Position numbers and translations under genes: made by a program | Part shown: in pieces, positions 22,835 through 35,300 of the stretch | Layout of the letters: each line of letters starts with the position of its first letter | Numbering within the stretch: the stretch's first letter is position 1 | Notes under the pieces: generated by a model | Seen by the model: only the letters and a program-made list of their open reading frames with translations | What the model was told of the DNA's origin: nothing | Database searches by the model: none | Source: Spongospora subterranea f. sp. subterranea | Taxonomy: Eukaryota | Assembly: GCA_049724395.1 (NCBI GenBank) | Contig: JAUGWO010000087.1 | Coordinates: forward strand, 1-51,074 | Length of the DNA: 51,074 nt | Direction of reading: 5' to 3'

Positions 22835-25800
22835 TGTAAGGATGACGCCAGTTATCATTAACGCCTTAACCAACTGACGGTTGGTTTCGGTCATTGCTAA
22901 CAGTATACTGCCCTCATCCCTTAGGGCGTCTTATCCTCGGCCCTGCCCTTTCGGGATATTGCCTGTGGAAGGCTTGAGTTTCGTCCACCAACATATCAGT
23001 GGCTCTTAGCGTGGCAGCTGGTTCCCATGACCGTTCCGATGGTGGATAGCCTTCCCAATCAATAAAATATTCCAAGTGTCGGTGACGATATCTGGAATCT
23101 AGAACTGCCTTGACGATGTAAAGCGGTTGGTCCTCTGATGGCAGGATTATTGGTGGTGGAGGCGGTTGAATACGATCGGTCAATGTGTTAGAATGATATT
23201 TTTCCAGCTGCGAGGCGTGAAAGACGTTATGCAGTCTCGAATTGGACGGCAGGTCAATGCAATAGGCGACATCGTTGACTTTGCCGGTGATCGTATATGG
23301 TCCCAGCAGTTTGTAATCCAATTTACTGCATGGACGATTGGTTGGTATTTCACCGCGACGCAACATGACTCGATCAGATGACATCTTGATTTATTCTGCA
23401 ACTCCAGAAAGCGATGTACAGCATGTACGCCAGGTGCTGACCCGATTGCGGGAGGCAAAATTATACGCCAAGCTGGAGAAGTGTTCGTTTCAATCAGCGC
23501 GCGTTGTTCGCGAGGAGATAGTCCATACAGGCGATTGAATGGTGGTTCCTTGCCTTCGTGCAGGTCAATGGTACAATCAAACTTCCTATGTTCAGGTAAT
23601 TCGTCGCATTTCGCCTTATCAAAAACATCGAGGAAATCGGCGAATTCTTCAGGTAGTCGGGCGCAATTCGGGCTTGATACTTCGTTGTCGTCATTCCAGC
23701 GCGTGTGCAATACAAAACACTGTTCCTCAGCAATGCATGCGTTCAGAAACGGTTCTGCTTCAATCATTGATATGGAGATCTCATCGTCAAGTGATGATAT
23801 GCACGATTTCGCCTGGTTGACTGCGTCCAATATTGGGGTACAAGTCTGTCGAGGCGTCACAGTCATGGCGAGCCAATCGATTATTGGATTGTGATGGACG
23901 AGCCATGGCATACCCAAAATGATTTCGTGTTGGGGTGAGGATATGACGTTGAAGATGACCTGATCATGGAATGCGGACTCTATCGAATTCGTCAGAGGAA
24001 CCGTTTCCATAGTGATGGATGGCAACGACCGGCCATCCACGACGCGAACGGCAATCGGAAAGGATTTCGGTTGGACTGGTACGGAGTGACGTTCAACGAA
24101 CGACGAATCGATAAAAGAGGATGTGGCACCACAGTCGATTAGCGCCAGCGCCGGTATTGCACGATTGTCGATAATTATTGTTAACTGAACGGAAATACAA
24201 CGTCGAGATCAGAGCGTGCAAAATATGATGATGAGACGAGGACAAATTCGGATTCTTCAAAAGATGGTTTATCGGGAACAATGCTGAATCCGTTGGCAGG
24301 TTCCCTTAAGCATTTCCCGGCGTCGTCTTGGGGACGGCTGCAGTCGGTTTTCGTTCAGGACATGCATCAATCCTGTGACCAGGTTATCTCGATGACATCT
24401 TGATTTATTCTGCAACTCCAGAAAGCCATGTACAGCATGTACGCCAGGTGCTGACCCGATTGCGGGAGGCAAAATTATACGCCAAGCTGGAGAAGTGTTC
24501 GTTTCAATCAGCCGAAGTGGAGTTCTTGGGATACCTCGTCTCATCGACCGGTATACGTCTGGATCCTGCGAAAGTCAGTAGCATCATGTCTTGGCAAGCA
24601 CCCAACAACGTTCAGGAACTCCAAGCCTTTCTAGGATTCGCGAATTTTTATCGTAAATTCATTGACCATTTTTCGCAGATTGCCAAACCTCTGACGGATC
24701 TGACTCGGATGAACCTACAATTCAATTGGAGCCAAGAAGCGGATAATGCATTAGTACCCTGAAGACGGCGTTCAGTAGTGCCCCTAAACTGATGCATTTT
24801 AATCCTAACGTTCCCTGCGAGATCGAAACGGACGCGTCGAACATTGCGATCGCCATGATTCTTTCACAACGTGATACTAAGGACGATCTCCGCCCTGTAG
24901 CGTTCTACTCTCGAAAACTTACTGCACATGAGATCAACTACCCAACTTACGACAAGGAGTTGTTAGCCATTATTACTGCTTCTCAACAATGGCGCCAGTT
25001 CCTAGACACCGATCGGTATCAGACCATAATTCATACCGATCATCACAATTTAATTTACTTCTCGACTTTTCATCGTCTGAGCAGCAGGCAGGCGCGGTGG
25101 TCTCAATATCTTTGTCAGTTCGACTTTATTATTCAACATCGCCCTGGTCGGTTCAACGGAAAAGCAGACGCTGATTTCTATACAAGAACAGGAGTGCGTT
25201 TTGCCACCACATCGTTTTGTCGCAGGGAAGCCAACATTAGCAATTAACACAGTGCACCATGTTAACCGACCACCTGCTGACGAGATGTTTTAACCTCGTC
25301 CGACGCAATCAGAATTCTGACCCAATGATCGAAAAAATATTGAAAAATCTGCAAGGTCCCGCAGGCAAACAGTTTTTCTGGTGAAGGATGGCGTACTCTA
25401 TCGAGATGGCCATCAGCTTGTTATTGTGGGGGACCAATGCAAATTGACGGTTTTACGGATGCATCACGACGCGCCTGTCAGTGGTCACTTTGGCGTTACA
25501 AAGACACTTGCCGCCATCAGAAAAGAGTTTTGGTGGCCTGGAATGCGTTGTTATGTCCAGAACTACGATTCTTCATGTGATACTTGCCAACGCGCTAAAA
25601 CAGTTCGTCACAAGCCGCACGGGTTATTGTTGCCCCTTCCGATCGCAAAGGATCTATGGAAATCAATATCAATGGATTTTATCGTGAAGCTCCCCAAGTC
25701 GGCCGGATTCGATTCTATCCCTTGTAATAGTTGATCGATTCTCAAAAATGGCACATTTCGTTCCTTGTCGGGAGTCTATGACGGCCCCTGAAGTTGCCGA

Positions 25801-27639
25801 CCTCGTTATTGCGAACGTTTTTCGTCTGCACGGTCTTCCAGATGATATTGTATCGGATCGTGGACCCCATTTCATCTGGCGTTTCTGGCATCATCTTCTT
25901 ACACGGCTTAAAGTACAAAGAAACCTGTCCGTCATCGCGTCACCCGCAGTCGGATGGTCAAACCGAAAGAGTTAATCAGGTGTTGGAGCAGTATCTACGG
26001 TGCTTCATCAGCTTTTTACAGGACGATTGGAGTAGCATAATTCCGATCGCCGAATTCGCCTACAACAATACGAAACATTCATCAACTGGAATGACGCCGT
26101 TTTTCGCATTGTACGGATATCATCCACGATTCCACGGGTTGCTTCCTCGTTCACCGTCCAGCGTAAACCCATCAGCAGACGACCGTGCAGATCATCTATC
26201 GTCAATCAGGAAATTTCTGACTGTTAGTACCATGTTCCATGGGCCCATCAGTCACGCACTTAATAAACAATGACCGAAACCAACCGTCAGTTGGTTAAGG
26301 CGTTAATGATAACTGGTGTCATCCTTACAGGTTAACCAACTATCAAACCTTGGATTATCCCAAGACGCCGTTCCAAGTCCATTGAACCGCTGAACGCGTC
26401 GCTAGATGTCGAAGAGGCTCTTGGACCGCGCTGTTATCTTCGCTTCATTGATGCCGAAAATGTCGAATGCCGATAGTACCCCACACCGTTGAGAAACGAT
26501 TGTCCTGTTGCCGTTAGTACCACACCGTTGAGAACCGATTGTCCTGTCAATACCGCTTCCGATGCCGAGGAATCGGCGTCACCCGTTGGCGACAAGTTGA
26601 CAATGTTGTTATTGAAAACTCTCGATCGATTAGACGACATGGAGGAACGGATCGCTCGCCTGTCGTCACCGGCACCCGTGCCGCCATCATCTACGCCGTC
26701 AGCCTCGTCATCGCCGCCACCTCCGTCGCCGGTGCCGTCAATTAAACCGGTTCCAGCCAAAATCGCACCCGTATCGTTGAAAACTCGTCTTCGTGTATTT
26801 TCTGGTGCCGACGGTGCGTCCGCACGTCAATGGCTTGACCACGTTGAAGGACGATCTGTCGCCTGATGTCGGTAATCCAATGTGTTCCAAAATAAGAAAT
26901 TTGTTACAGTCACACCTGGAATCTAATGCGTTGCTGTTTGTCACGAGACTTCCAAAACAACATCTTTCCGCGACGTTCGTAGCCAGTTGCTGCTGTACTA
27001 TCCGGAACAGACACTGGAAGCGGCGGAGGACCGATTCGATTCTCTGCGTCAGACTTCAGAGATCGAGGCGCACATACTGGAATTTCGAACTCTGTATGAC
27101 ACATTTTTGGGATGCGGCGGTTATCCTCTTAGCGATCTGTCGCTCTCTGCAAAATTTCGGAAATCGCTACGACCCACTCTTGCCAAAGAAGTACATCGCT
27201 TTCAGCCAACGTCTCTAGAACAGGCCATCCGGTTGGCTCGTCACTTAGCCCCGATCTGTCGACCAGCTGATCATGTTCGCGCGATCACTTACGATTCGAA
27301 TCAGCGGACCAAATTGACGCCAGCCCGGCGCATTGGTCAAACCGAACGGCATGATCAGATATTCAAAAAGACCATATAACGGTGTGGTACTATCGGCATT
27401 CGACATTTTCGGCATCAATGAAGCGAAGATAACAGCGCGGTCCAAGATCCGCCACTCTTAGACATCTAGCGACGCGTTCAGCGGTTCAATGGACTTGGAA
27501 CGGCGTCTCGGCATAATCCAAGGTTTGATGGTTGGTTAAACTGTAAGGATGACACCAGTTATCATTAACGCCTTAACCAACTGACGGTTGGTTTCGGTCA
27601 TTGACTGATGGGCACATGGAACATGGTATGGTCCTAACA
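22835..27639 (-). mobile_element. Chromovirus-type Ty3/Gypsy LTR retrotransposon, internally rearranged, 5-bp TSD CATTC
   Basis: Terminal LTRs at 22835-22902 and 27542-27639 with CATTC at 22830-22834 and 27640-27644. Contains a PPT next to the left LTR, chromodomain (YFIDWEGYPPSERSWEP), protease ALIDCGATSSFID, RT DDILIYS and MPFGLTNAP, RNase H ETDASN and YDKELLAI, integrase GHFG / SISMDFIVKLP / HPQSDGQTERVNQ, and gag. Confidence 0.93.
26222..26329 (+). repeat. Internal inverted LTR copy (108 bp, TG...CA, contains AATAAA)
   Basis: tgttagtacc...aataaacaatgaccgaaacc...catccttaca, the reverse complement of the terminal LTRs; followed by the 5' leader and gag on +. Confidence 0.9.
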
Positions 27640-29098
27640 CATTCGACATCGATCATGCTCGATCTTCTGGGAGATCGAGTGGAGCCTGATGATCTTCTGC
27701 TAAGCGAACCTTCTTGCTGTAACCCGGGACCCACGATTATCCAGCGATGAGTGCATTCCTTCAACTCGAGAGGTCGCAGTGTTCCGAAAAAAAGGAGATA
27801 ATGTTCAGTCAAAGCGGCAACAAACATCTCCTTCTGTCCAGTCCCTTAAGAACTGTTGGAAAGTGTCGTTATTACGAAATGCCTTTTGGTCTTGGCTAGT
27901 ACATGTTTCTGATTTCTGCCAAACACACAACAAAATCGTTGGATTCGCGAAAGCGAGTTCACTCGCGATGGCTTCGATTAGCGCTAACTCCCGATTAGTC
28001 ACGAAAACGTTTGAACGCGTCTTCTGTCGAAAATACATTTTGAAGTTATCGCAAGGCCCATTTATAACCATGTTCGGTTTCATATCTCATAAACACGAAT
28101 CAGATTGAAAAAGACATGTTAACCGGAGTCACGCCGACGACATTCCAGTCCGAAAACAAACCAAAAACGGTTGAATTTTTGATTGAGAGGCAGGTAGCTT
28201 TACCGATTGGTTTCGTAAGTGGCATCAACGATCATGGTATGGTGAAATTGTCTCGCCAGTTTCAACGAAGAAGACGGTGCGAACAAGAGATGAACAATAC
28301 GGCGATGGGGCGTTTTTTCGTCGACGTCCCGGGAAATCACGGTCATCCCAGAAATTTTGCTGACGCAAAGCGGCAATGATCGTTTCAGACTCGGCGCCAG
28401 TTTGATTCATAAATCGCCTAGCGAAGCTTTCTGTTCATCATTCCACCCCCGATTTCCGAACTGAGGAAAATGAAGATCTTTCAGCGGCCGGCTGGTGGTG
28501 ATGTTCATCGTAGATAAAGTTCAGCGACCATGTGGTTTAGGCCATTATTGGCCTGAATTATTGCAGACCATGGCAAGTTCGTCCTGGTGGTACCAATACT
28601 TTTGATGCTGATCAGAAGCGGCCGAGAGTTGCAGTAGGATCGACCGTGTTGAAACGCCAGCCATAGCTTGTGAATGGAACCGGTGCTGTTGCGTTTGGAC
28701 CGACGGTTGTCAATATTGTACTCTGCTGCATGGATCTGGCATTTTAAGGCTTCCTCAACCGTTGACAAAAGAGAAGAGATCTCCATCGTGCTATAGTAAC
28801 AAGCTGTGAATATAAACTGAGTCGTGAGGAATAATGTTGTGCTTTATTGATTGTAGTCAACGGTGACGTTGGTCGTGGATGCCCCTGAATCGCGCGACAT
28901 CAAGTAAACCCCATTCCTGTCGCATTCGATGTCAGGACGGAACCCTAATTGACGAGTGCCAACTTGGGCGCTTACGACATAAGCTTCTTTCGAGAATTCG
29001 GCCCAGCAGCTATCTAGCGCCCAACGTCGTCGACAAGGTTTCCGTCCTGACATCGAATGCTATGAGAACTAACTGATGCACTGGTTTTATCAACCAAG

Positions 29099-29656
29099 TG
29101 ACTCAAACGGGAATTCTATCAACAATGAATCCGGTGGGGTTTATCAACAATGGTCCAACGGGCGGGTTATTCACAAGCGGGTTTAATAATTACAGAGTTT
29201 CGCGCCAAGGTGCACTGATCCTGGCCTGTACACAAATCTCGTCCGAACAGCCGGTGCCTGCATTTCTGGGTGGACCAAGCCTCTGTGAAAGCTGCTTGAT
29301 TTCCGAGGAAAATGATCCCTTACGCATTGCATCGCAACGACTGAGATACGAAAAGGCGGAAAGCACCGGTCACGATCAAGCAAGCTGAAACCCGACGAAA
29401 AACAGCAATTCATGGTGGACACCTGGTAGCAAAGCAATGCTGTTGAAAACACCACGTACTGAATGCTGCCCCGCCTTTCGTATCGCAGTCGTTGCGACCG
29501 TTGATGCATTGCCTTCGGGGCCATTTCCAGGGAGATCAAGCAGCTTTCACGGAGGCTTGGTCCACCCAGAAATGCAGGCACCGGTTGTTTGGTCGAGATT
29601 TGTGTTCAGGCCAGGATCAGTGCACGTTGGCGCGAAACCCACCCCCGTTTGAGTCA
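29099..29656. repeat. Foldback inverted duplication
   Basis: About 29197-29365 is the reverse complement of about 29465-29638 (PAFLGGPSL.ESCLIS appears on both strands in the ORF track). The outer pair is tgactcaaacggg / cccgtttgagtca. Confidence 0.9.
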
Positions 29657-31064
29657 TCGTTGACCGTTTGAGAAAACCCGTTGGGTTTGAGTAACGTGCT
29701 TGGATAATGTGCGCGAATCGTGTTTTCTGCGCAACCCACCTTGTGGTTTTCCGCATTTATTTTCCCGTGAACTCATTGCGATCCCGTTTTGTGAAAGCGG
29801 TGCAATACAACTGCAGCGGGAACGCCAGGGACACCCTCGAGAGATCACCATGGACGGCTGACACGAGAAGAACTGGAAAATGGGGATGCTCTTTTCAATG
29901 TGCGACACACGTTCAGTGGTCAGCATGCCTCGTAGCTCGCCAGTCCGATCCTCTCGCTTCACGCCGCCCGTGACCCCAAGAACCGCCTTACGCACGTGCC
30001 CTTTGAACTCATTGATACGGGTTTTAGAACAGGCTTTGCGATCAGCGTGGACAGCCGTCGTCAACGAGCAGATCGAATTTTCGTGCCTTAAAGGAGGCCA
30101 TCCTTACACATCACCAACTCGCTGTTCTCCCATTATGCCTCTGGCTTACAGCTATGGGAATTGATTTACAACATCGGGCCTCTGGGGACGGGCTTAGACT
30201 TTTAATCAAGTGGGTGGGGACTGTTAGCCGGCGATGCTACCCGGGAGTCATGCGGCAACCTTTCAGGCAGCCCAGATTTTGCTGTGGAATACGGCAAGTC
30301 GTGTCCAGGTAACACTTTATCATTCTTGAATTCTTTCTCTTTGCGTTGATTTTCTGAACAGATATCAGAAGTTCTTACAATGTAGGAACGGCCAAGTGAG
30401 GCAACTAACGCGCATTGTAATCTCCTGAGTTTTAGGGTTACAAATCGAGACGATGATTCTGACCAAGAAGCTGCAATCGCTGGCACGCAACATTTACTTG
30501 ATATAGCTCGTATGCAATTTATTGTTGGGGATGAATCAACTTGAACTGTACTTTTTGCAGCATCCCGATGCATCACAAGTAAAAACCCAATGAATGACAT
30601 ACGAGCTACATGTAAGATTTGCGCGTCAGTCATTGCAGCTTTTTGGTAGGGCCAATGAATCCACTCAATCGCATCCTGTTTCCAGCTGCCTCGAATTAAT
30701 CATTGAATAAAATGGCCTATATGTATTGAAACGAATTTGTGGCAACTGCACCGTTCCTTTGCCCAAACTAATAGGAAAACCGAACCAATAGCATATCGTT
30801 GAAAGAGAAGTGTGATCAAGGACAGGTTTTGACTACAATATGACGTCGCTACGATTGTACCCTGTTCGCCCTCGATTAAGTCATCGGCACCAAACGTAGA
30901 ACGTATCCCAGTACCATATTTAATCAGTATTATGGGGCGCGGGCCGACGACCCATTGCGGCACAAATCAAGGATCGTTCGCGAACTGGCAAGCTTCTCTG
31001 ACGCTTGTGAACTTTCACAGCATATCCTACTTAACACAACGTCTGTGTCTGGCCATCGGGACCA

Positions 31065-31290
31065 CTACGCGATAGGCGTCCGTGAATCTGAATTTCGTGG
31101 AAACCGACGAATCTGAGACACGCCCACTGCCTGGAGTGCGACGGGAACGATGCATTTTAACTCTTTGAATAAATATTCACAATTCCTACAAGTGTAGCTG
31201 TTGCAAGCGGCCCAGTACATTTCAACAAAATCATACTCGCAATGAAATTTAGGGTTAAAATCGACCATAAATCCGGTGTGACTCAACCAA
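31065..31290 (-). mobile_element. Tc1/IS630-like transposase C-terminal fragment
   Basis: FNPKFHCEYDFVEMYWAA...RNCEY.FKEL..IVPVALQAV...QIRRF resembles the PKFHCELNPIExYW motif. Confidence 0.75.
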
Positions 31291-31589
31291 CTCCTGTTCC
31301 GGTCATGTACCCAATGAGAGTTTTTTTATATTGCTCACCCATATTCGAAACAAATGCCCGACCTAATTTCGAAAACGTTTTCAACTGCCATTGAAAGCTG
31401 GCGTGTTGGCACATCATAATCTTGAACATCAGAATGGTTATTACCGTTGCACTGGAGTGTATCAGACAACAGCTTTGCAGGGGCAGTGATCAGGGAGAAT
31501 TGATGTGATAGTCTTAATCAGTAGATTACTTGACAGCCTCCAGTATGTCGTGTGTATGAGCCATCGTCGTCAACAGATGCAGCCACAAG

Positions 31590-32320
31590 GAAGTAGCTCA
31601 CGTTTGGGATATGGATGTTCGATCATATTCATGCGAGGTCATCCTCGTCGTCAAGTTTGGTTTCCAAATCATTGATCAGGTTTGATACCACGTGATGAGG
31701 ACCGATAAAGACCTCTTCAAGATACTGAAAACGGGTTCGGTACGAGCCGATATGTTTGCGTCATACAACAGTGAGGCATCGGGGTGCCTTGGTAATTTCG
31801 GAACGTGCTGGGTGATCTATCCATATCCACAGAAACAGTGGAGTGCGGTTTTAGTTGCGTTTCTTCAAAAAAACGGGATGAAACACTCTATAAAATAGAA
31901 ATTAAAACCGTCAGTCGGCAACGCAAGCTCAGGCTCCTCAGTTGATCGGAAGGTGCCAAATTCGTTGGATGTGTCGCACACATCCGCGATTTAGACGAAA
32001 GTGGGACATCTGATCAAGATGTTTTGAATAAGAGTCTTGCGTTGTACAAAGCAACTACTGGAACCAGCTTTTTATTGATGAGCTCCTACCGTATATTACC
32101 GTCCGCTCCCAAGTGGCAGTCATTTCGAGGGAAAAATATTTCCAATGCTTCAGTAAAACGACAACTAGAACTTCCGCTCTCTGAAGATTGCAAAGCTGAC
32201 GGTGACCAAGCTGAAGATAATGGGAACAGCACCCCTTTGCGACCTCAGGGGTGTAAATCAGCTAAAAAAAGGCAAAAGAAGAGGACAATTCCACTCGTGC
32301 CGTCTCATTGCAAGTAATAT
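31590..32320 (+). pseudogene. PIF/Harbinger accessory ORF (Myb-like/NAM-associated), degenerate
   Basis: ESGTSDQDVLNKSLALYK, YRIL.SAPKW and RPQGCKSAKKR match NAM-associated domain motifs; lies tail-to-tail with the Harbinger transposase. Confidence 0.7.
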
Positions 32321-32339
32321 GGAAGCTTCGGCAAGCTTC

Positions 32340-33321
32340 AGTGCTGCTTACGTTTGGAGCCACCCCCTTGAGCAAATTCGTTATCAATGGGGACCAATCC
32401 ACAATGTTAATATCATTATTGGAGCCGGGCAAATGAATGCATGCCAAATCCAGAGATCGGCTGTCGCTATGGCCTCCATAATTAAGGATCGATGACCATC
32501 TTTATCTTGGAACTGACCCTGCCAGGTGACAGGGCAGTTCTTCCATTGCCAATGAGTGCAGTCCAGGGACCGAACATGCCTGGAAACCCTCCTCTTGCAT
32601 TAATTTGAAGGTGGTATTCGAGATCCTGAGCTGTAGGATGTCGTAGGTACTGGTCACCAAATACTTCGACAATTGCTGTGGCGAAACGTTTGAAGCACTT
32701 TGCTGCAGTTGAGTCTCCGATACGAATATATTCGTCTACAACATCGGACGCGACCCCATAAGCAAAGATACGCAAAGCTGCCGTAACTTTTTGCAGTGAT
32801 GTCAATCCCAAACTGCCAAGAGCATTAGCTTTCTGCTGAAAGTAATCGTCTCTTTCGACTACGCCATCATGTATTACATCAAACAATTCTCGCCTCATAC
32901 GAAACCGTCGTCGGAAGAGGTGGGCAGGGTAAACTGGATTTGCGCAAAAATAGTCTTTGTAAATCCTTTCATGACCAGAAGCAAAATTTCGGGGCAAGTT
33001 TGGTGAGCGTCCAATTTGTGATCCTCCGCGATTGGATATTGATGGATTCATAGTCAATGCAGAAGCCGCATGCTGACCCAGGATCATTACTCCAGACTCA
33101 GACTGGGCAATGGTGTCATCCTCCATTTCGTCTTGCCAGATTAGCCCAAAAGCGCTGTCATCGTTATCCATCATTGTCAGCTCGAAAATTCGTTTTGCCG
33201 TTTACCGTTCAAATTGACCGCGCGGTGGGGAACCGTTTGACGGGGGACATAACTATTTTACCGGAGAACCCGTTTAAACATCTTTTTGCCGTGGAGTTTG
33301 CCGTTGCGCGGTGGAGATGCT
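32340..33321 (-). mobile_element. PIF/Harbinger transposase (3'-truncated, frameshifted) with one TIR
   Basis: FRRRFRMRRELF, LQKVTAALRIFAYG, DEYIRIGDSTA, GFPGMFG, LDCTHWQWKNCP and LWIWHAF..NNDIN. The terminus AGCATCTCCA (reverse strand, ends at 33321) is followed by TTA. Confidence 0.88.
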
Positions 33322-33406
33322 TTAAATGATGTAGCTCTGTACCCTCTCGCTGGACACCATCGGTACATTCCTGAGTCAGCGTTGGCCGCGGAGAGTCGGG
33401 TTGGTC

Positions 33407-34237
33407 ATGACGACATTGCGGCCATTTGAGACCAACGTAAAGCAGGTCTACACATTGGTCAAAACCACACTTATCATATTTCAGGATCTTTTTCGGTTTA
33501 ACGGCGTTAACGGCGATGTTTTGACGTAAATAATGATCATCTGACCCAATAAACTCGGTTCTGAACTTTTTCGTTTTTAGAGAAACGGTTAGACACAAGA
33601 TCTCCGCCTATTACTATAAACTAATAGTGAAATTTCAAAGTATAATGTAAGGTTCTACCAAGAGTATATGTCGCTGTGGCCCGAACTAATGACAACGGCC
33701 GAGTCTCCAGATACCCGTCCAATCGCATACAGTACTTATCTCGTCTCGCCTAGCCATGTTCAACTGGGGTTCACGAATCGTTTCAGTAATTGGGAAAGCC
33801 GAAGGGCAATCGGAACTATGGCATGGACACGTCACCGCCCTCTCGGTCGCACCGGAATATCGTCGGTTGGGATTGGCCCAGACCCTCATGTCTTTTCTCG
33901 AGCACATTTCCCAGGAAACGTGAGTTCACGATTTGGACAATTTCGTTACGTGGCAATTATCGTTACTGGCAATGGTTAACGTTACCGAGTGAATATCTGA
34001 TGCTGGTGTCACAGGCATGATGCGTATTTTGTGGACCTGTTCGTACGCTGCTCAAATCAGGTTGCCATACGAATGTACGAGAAGTTTGGATATTCGGTGT
34101 ATAGGCGCGTATTAGGGTACTATAGTGGCGACGAAGACGCGTTCGATATGAGGAAAGCTCTACGCCGCGATGTCCACAAGAAGTCAATTATCCCGCTCGA
34201 TCACGCCATTCGACCGGAAGAGCTCGAATTCCATTGA
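33407..34237 (+). CDS. NAA20: NatB N-terminal acetyltransferase catalytic subunit, 6 exons including a 7-nt micro-exon
   Basis: Spliced MTTLRPFETN|DLFRFNGVNGDVLT|ET|YNVRFYQEYMSLWPE...|GKAEGQSELWHGHVTALSVAPEYRRLGLA...|YFVDLFVRCSNQVAIRMYEKFGYSVYRRVLGYYSGDEDAFDMRKALRRD. Confidence 0.95.
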
Positions 34238-34619
34238 ACAAATCTGCTTTCCTACCCAGCATTCTTCGGTCTCTGGGTCAGTAATATATTCGGCCTCGCC
34301 AATGTTTCAGTATCGTTTCTCCCCATGATCTTCGTGCAGAAATGTTCAGACAAACGCTGTCCCGCCCCATTCATATCGGCGCTTTCTTATTTATTAGACT
34401 GTAATTGTACTGTAGCTGCGTGATTGAAGCTTGACCTTTTTTAATGACGTCACCTCACGATACTTGCCCGATTCAACGCGTTGATTGAATTCACGATCAC
34501 CAAGCGTTGCGGTGAAGTAGGATAGTTACAAACGTCATTTTCAGACAAACAACTGTGACGTTGGCGGTTTAATTTGGACTCTCGGACGTCCTCATAAGAA
34601 TTTAAATGCCACTCGTACA

Positions 34620-35300
34620 TGACGGGCCGCAGAAATTTTCGAGTTCATGTTCAGTATATTTCAACTACTCTTCAACGATGAAAACGGGTTTTGCAGAAGG
34701 TTTCTTGTCTATCATAGCTAGCATATCCTCCGTCGGTTCATACTGGAACACAATGATTCCCCTTCGTACCAGATCTCGCACGTAGTGATATCGGACGTCG
34801 ATATGCTTAAACTGTTTTTCCTGCAGAAGCGTTGGACATCATCGCGATACAACCGTGATTGGAACAGCGCCGTTGGCCCTTCTCCCAATGAAGCACCTGG
34901 CAACTCGCCTGCTAGATTGCGAATCCAAAATACCACTTTGCTGCTCCTGATGCAGCCATGTACTCTGCCTCGGGCGATGACAACGCCACACACCTTTTTT
35001 CTGTATGATACAACTCCTCCATTTAGCATCACCAACATACCGGACGTTTGAGCGCCGATCATCTTGGTCGCTCGCCCAGCTGAGTCGCAATCATCCTCCA
35101 TTCCATTCGCTTTTCCCAATTTGATGCTGCCGTGATTGATAGTTGTTTTACGTATTGCAGGATATGCTTGAGTGTGATCACGTGTTGTTGAGCTTGCGCT
35201 TCGACGAATTTTGGTACTGCATTCACCGCCTCAGGCATGTCCGGTTGAGTCATCACCGCTAAATACATCATCAAACAAATCGAAACACCACGATTGATTC
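34620..35300 (-). mobile_element. Ty1/Copia RT-RNase H remnant
   Basis: MYLAVMTQPD..EAV, HV..LKHILQYVK, DDRRS, LNGGVVSY and KHIDVRYHY; multiple frameshifts. Confidence 0.8.

Larger units (their letters stand above)
22700..28790 (-). mobile_element. Degenerate Mutator/MULE transposase, split by the Gypsy insertion at 22835-27639
   Basis: FAR1-like N-terminus (RSKRN..G.IHKLWL...HGRSY, T.RT.LPWSA, 28505-28786), NVVGVTPVNMSF, VFVTNRELALIEAI...LLCVW and TSRVEGMHS (about 27750-27780). It resumes left of the retroelement as ISQYALGKAHKEYEK...CSNVF (22700-22830). Confidence 0.8.

Noticed and set aside
26474..26550. Two-copy tandem repeat of about 40 bp in the retroelement leader
   Set aside because: Only two units without spacers; not CRISPR-like and ordinary for TE leaders.
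29660..31050. ORFs 29654-30064, 30202-30633 and 30700-30963
   Set aside because: Probably decayed TE sequence but no diagnostic motif.
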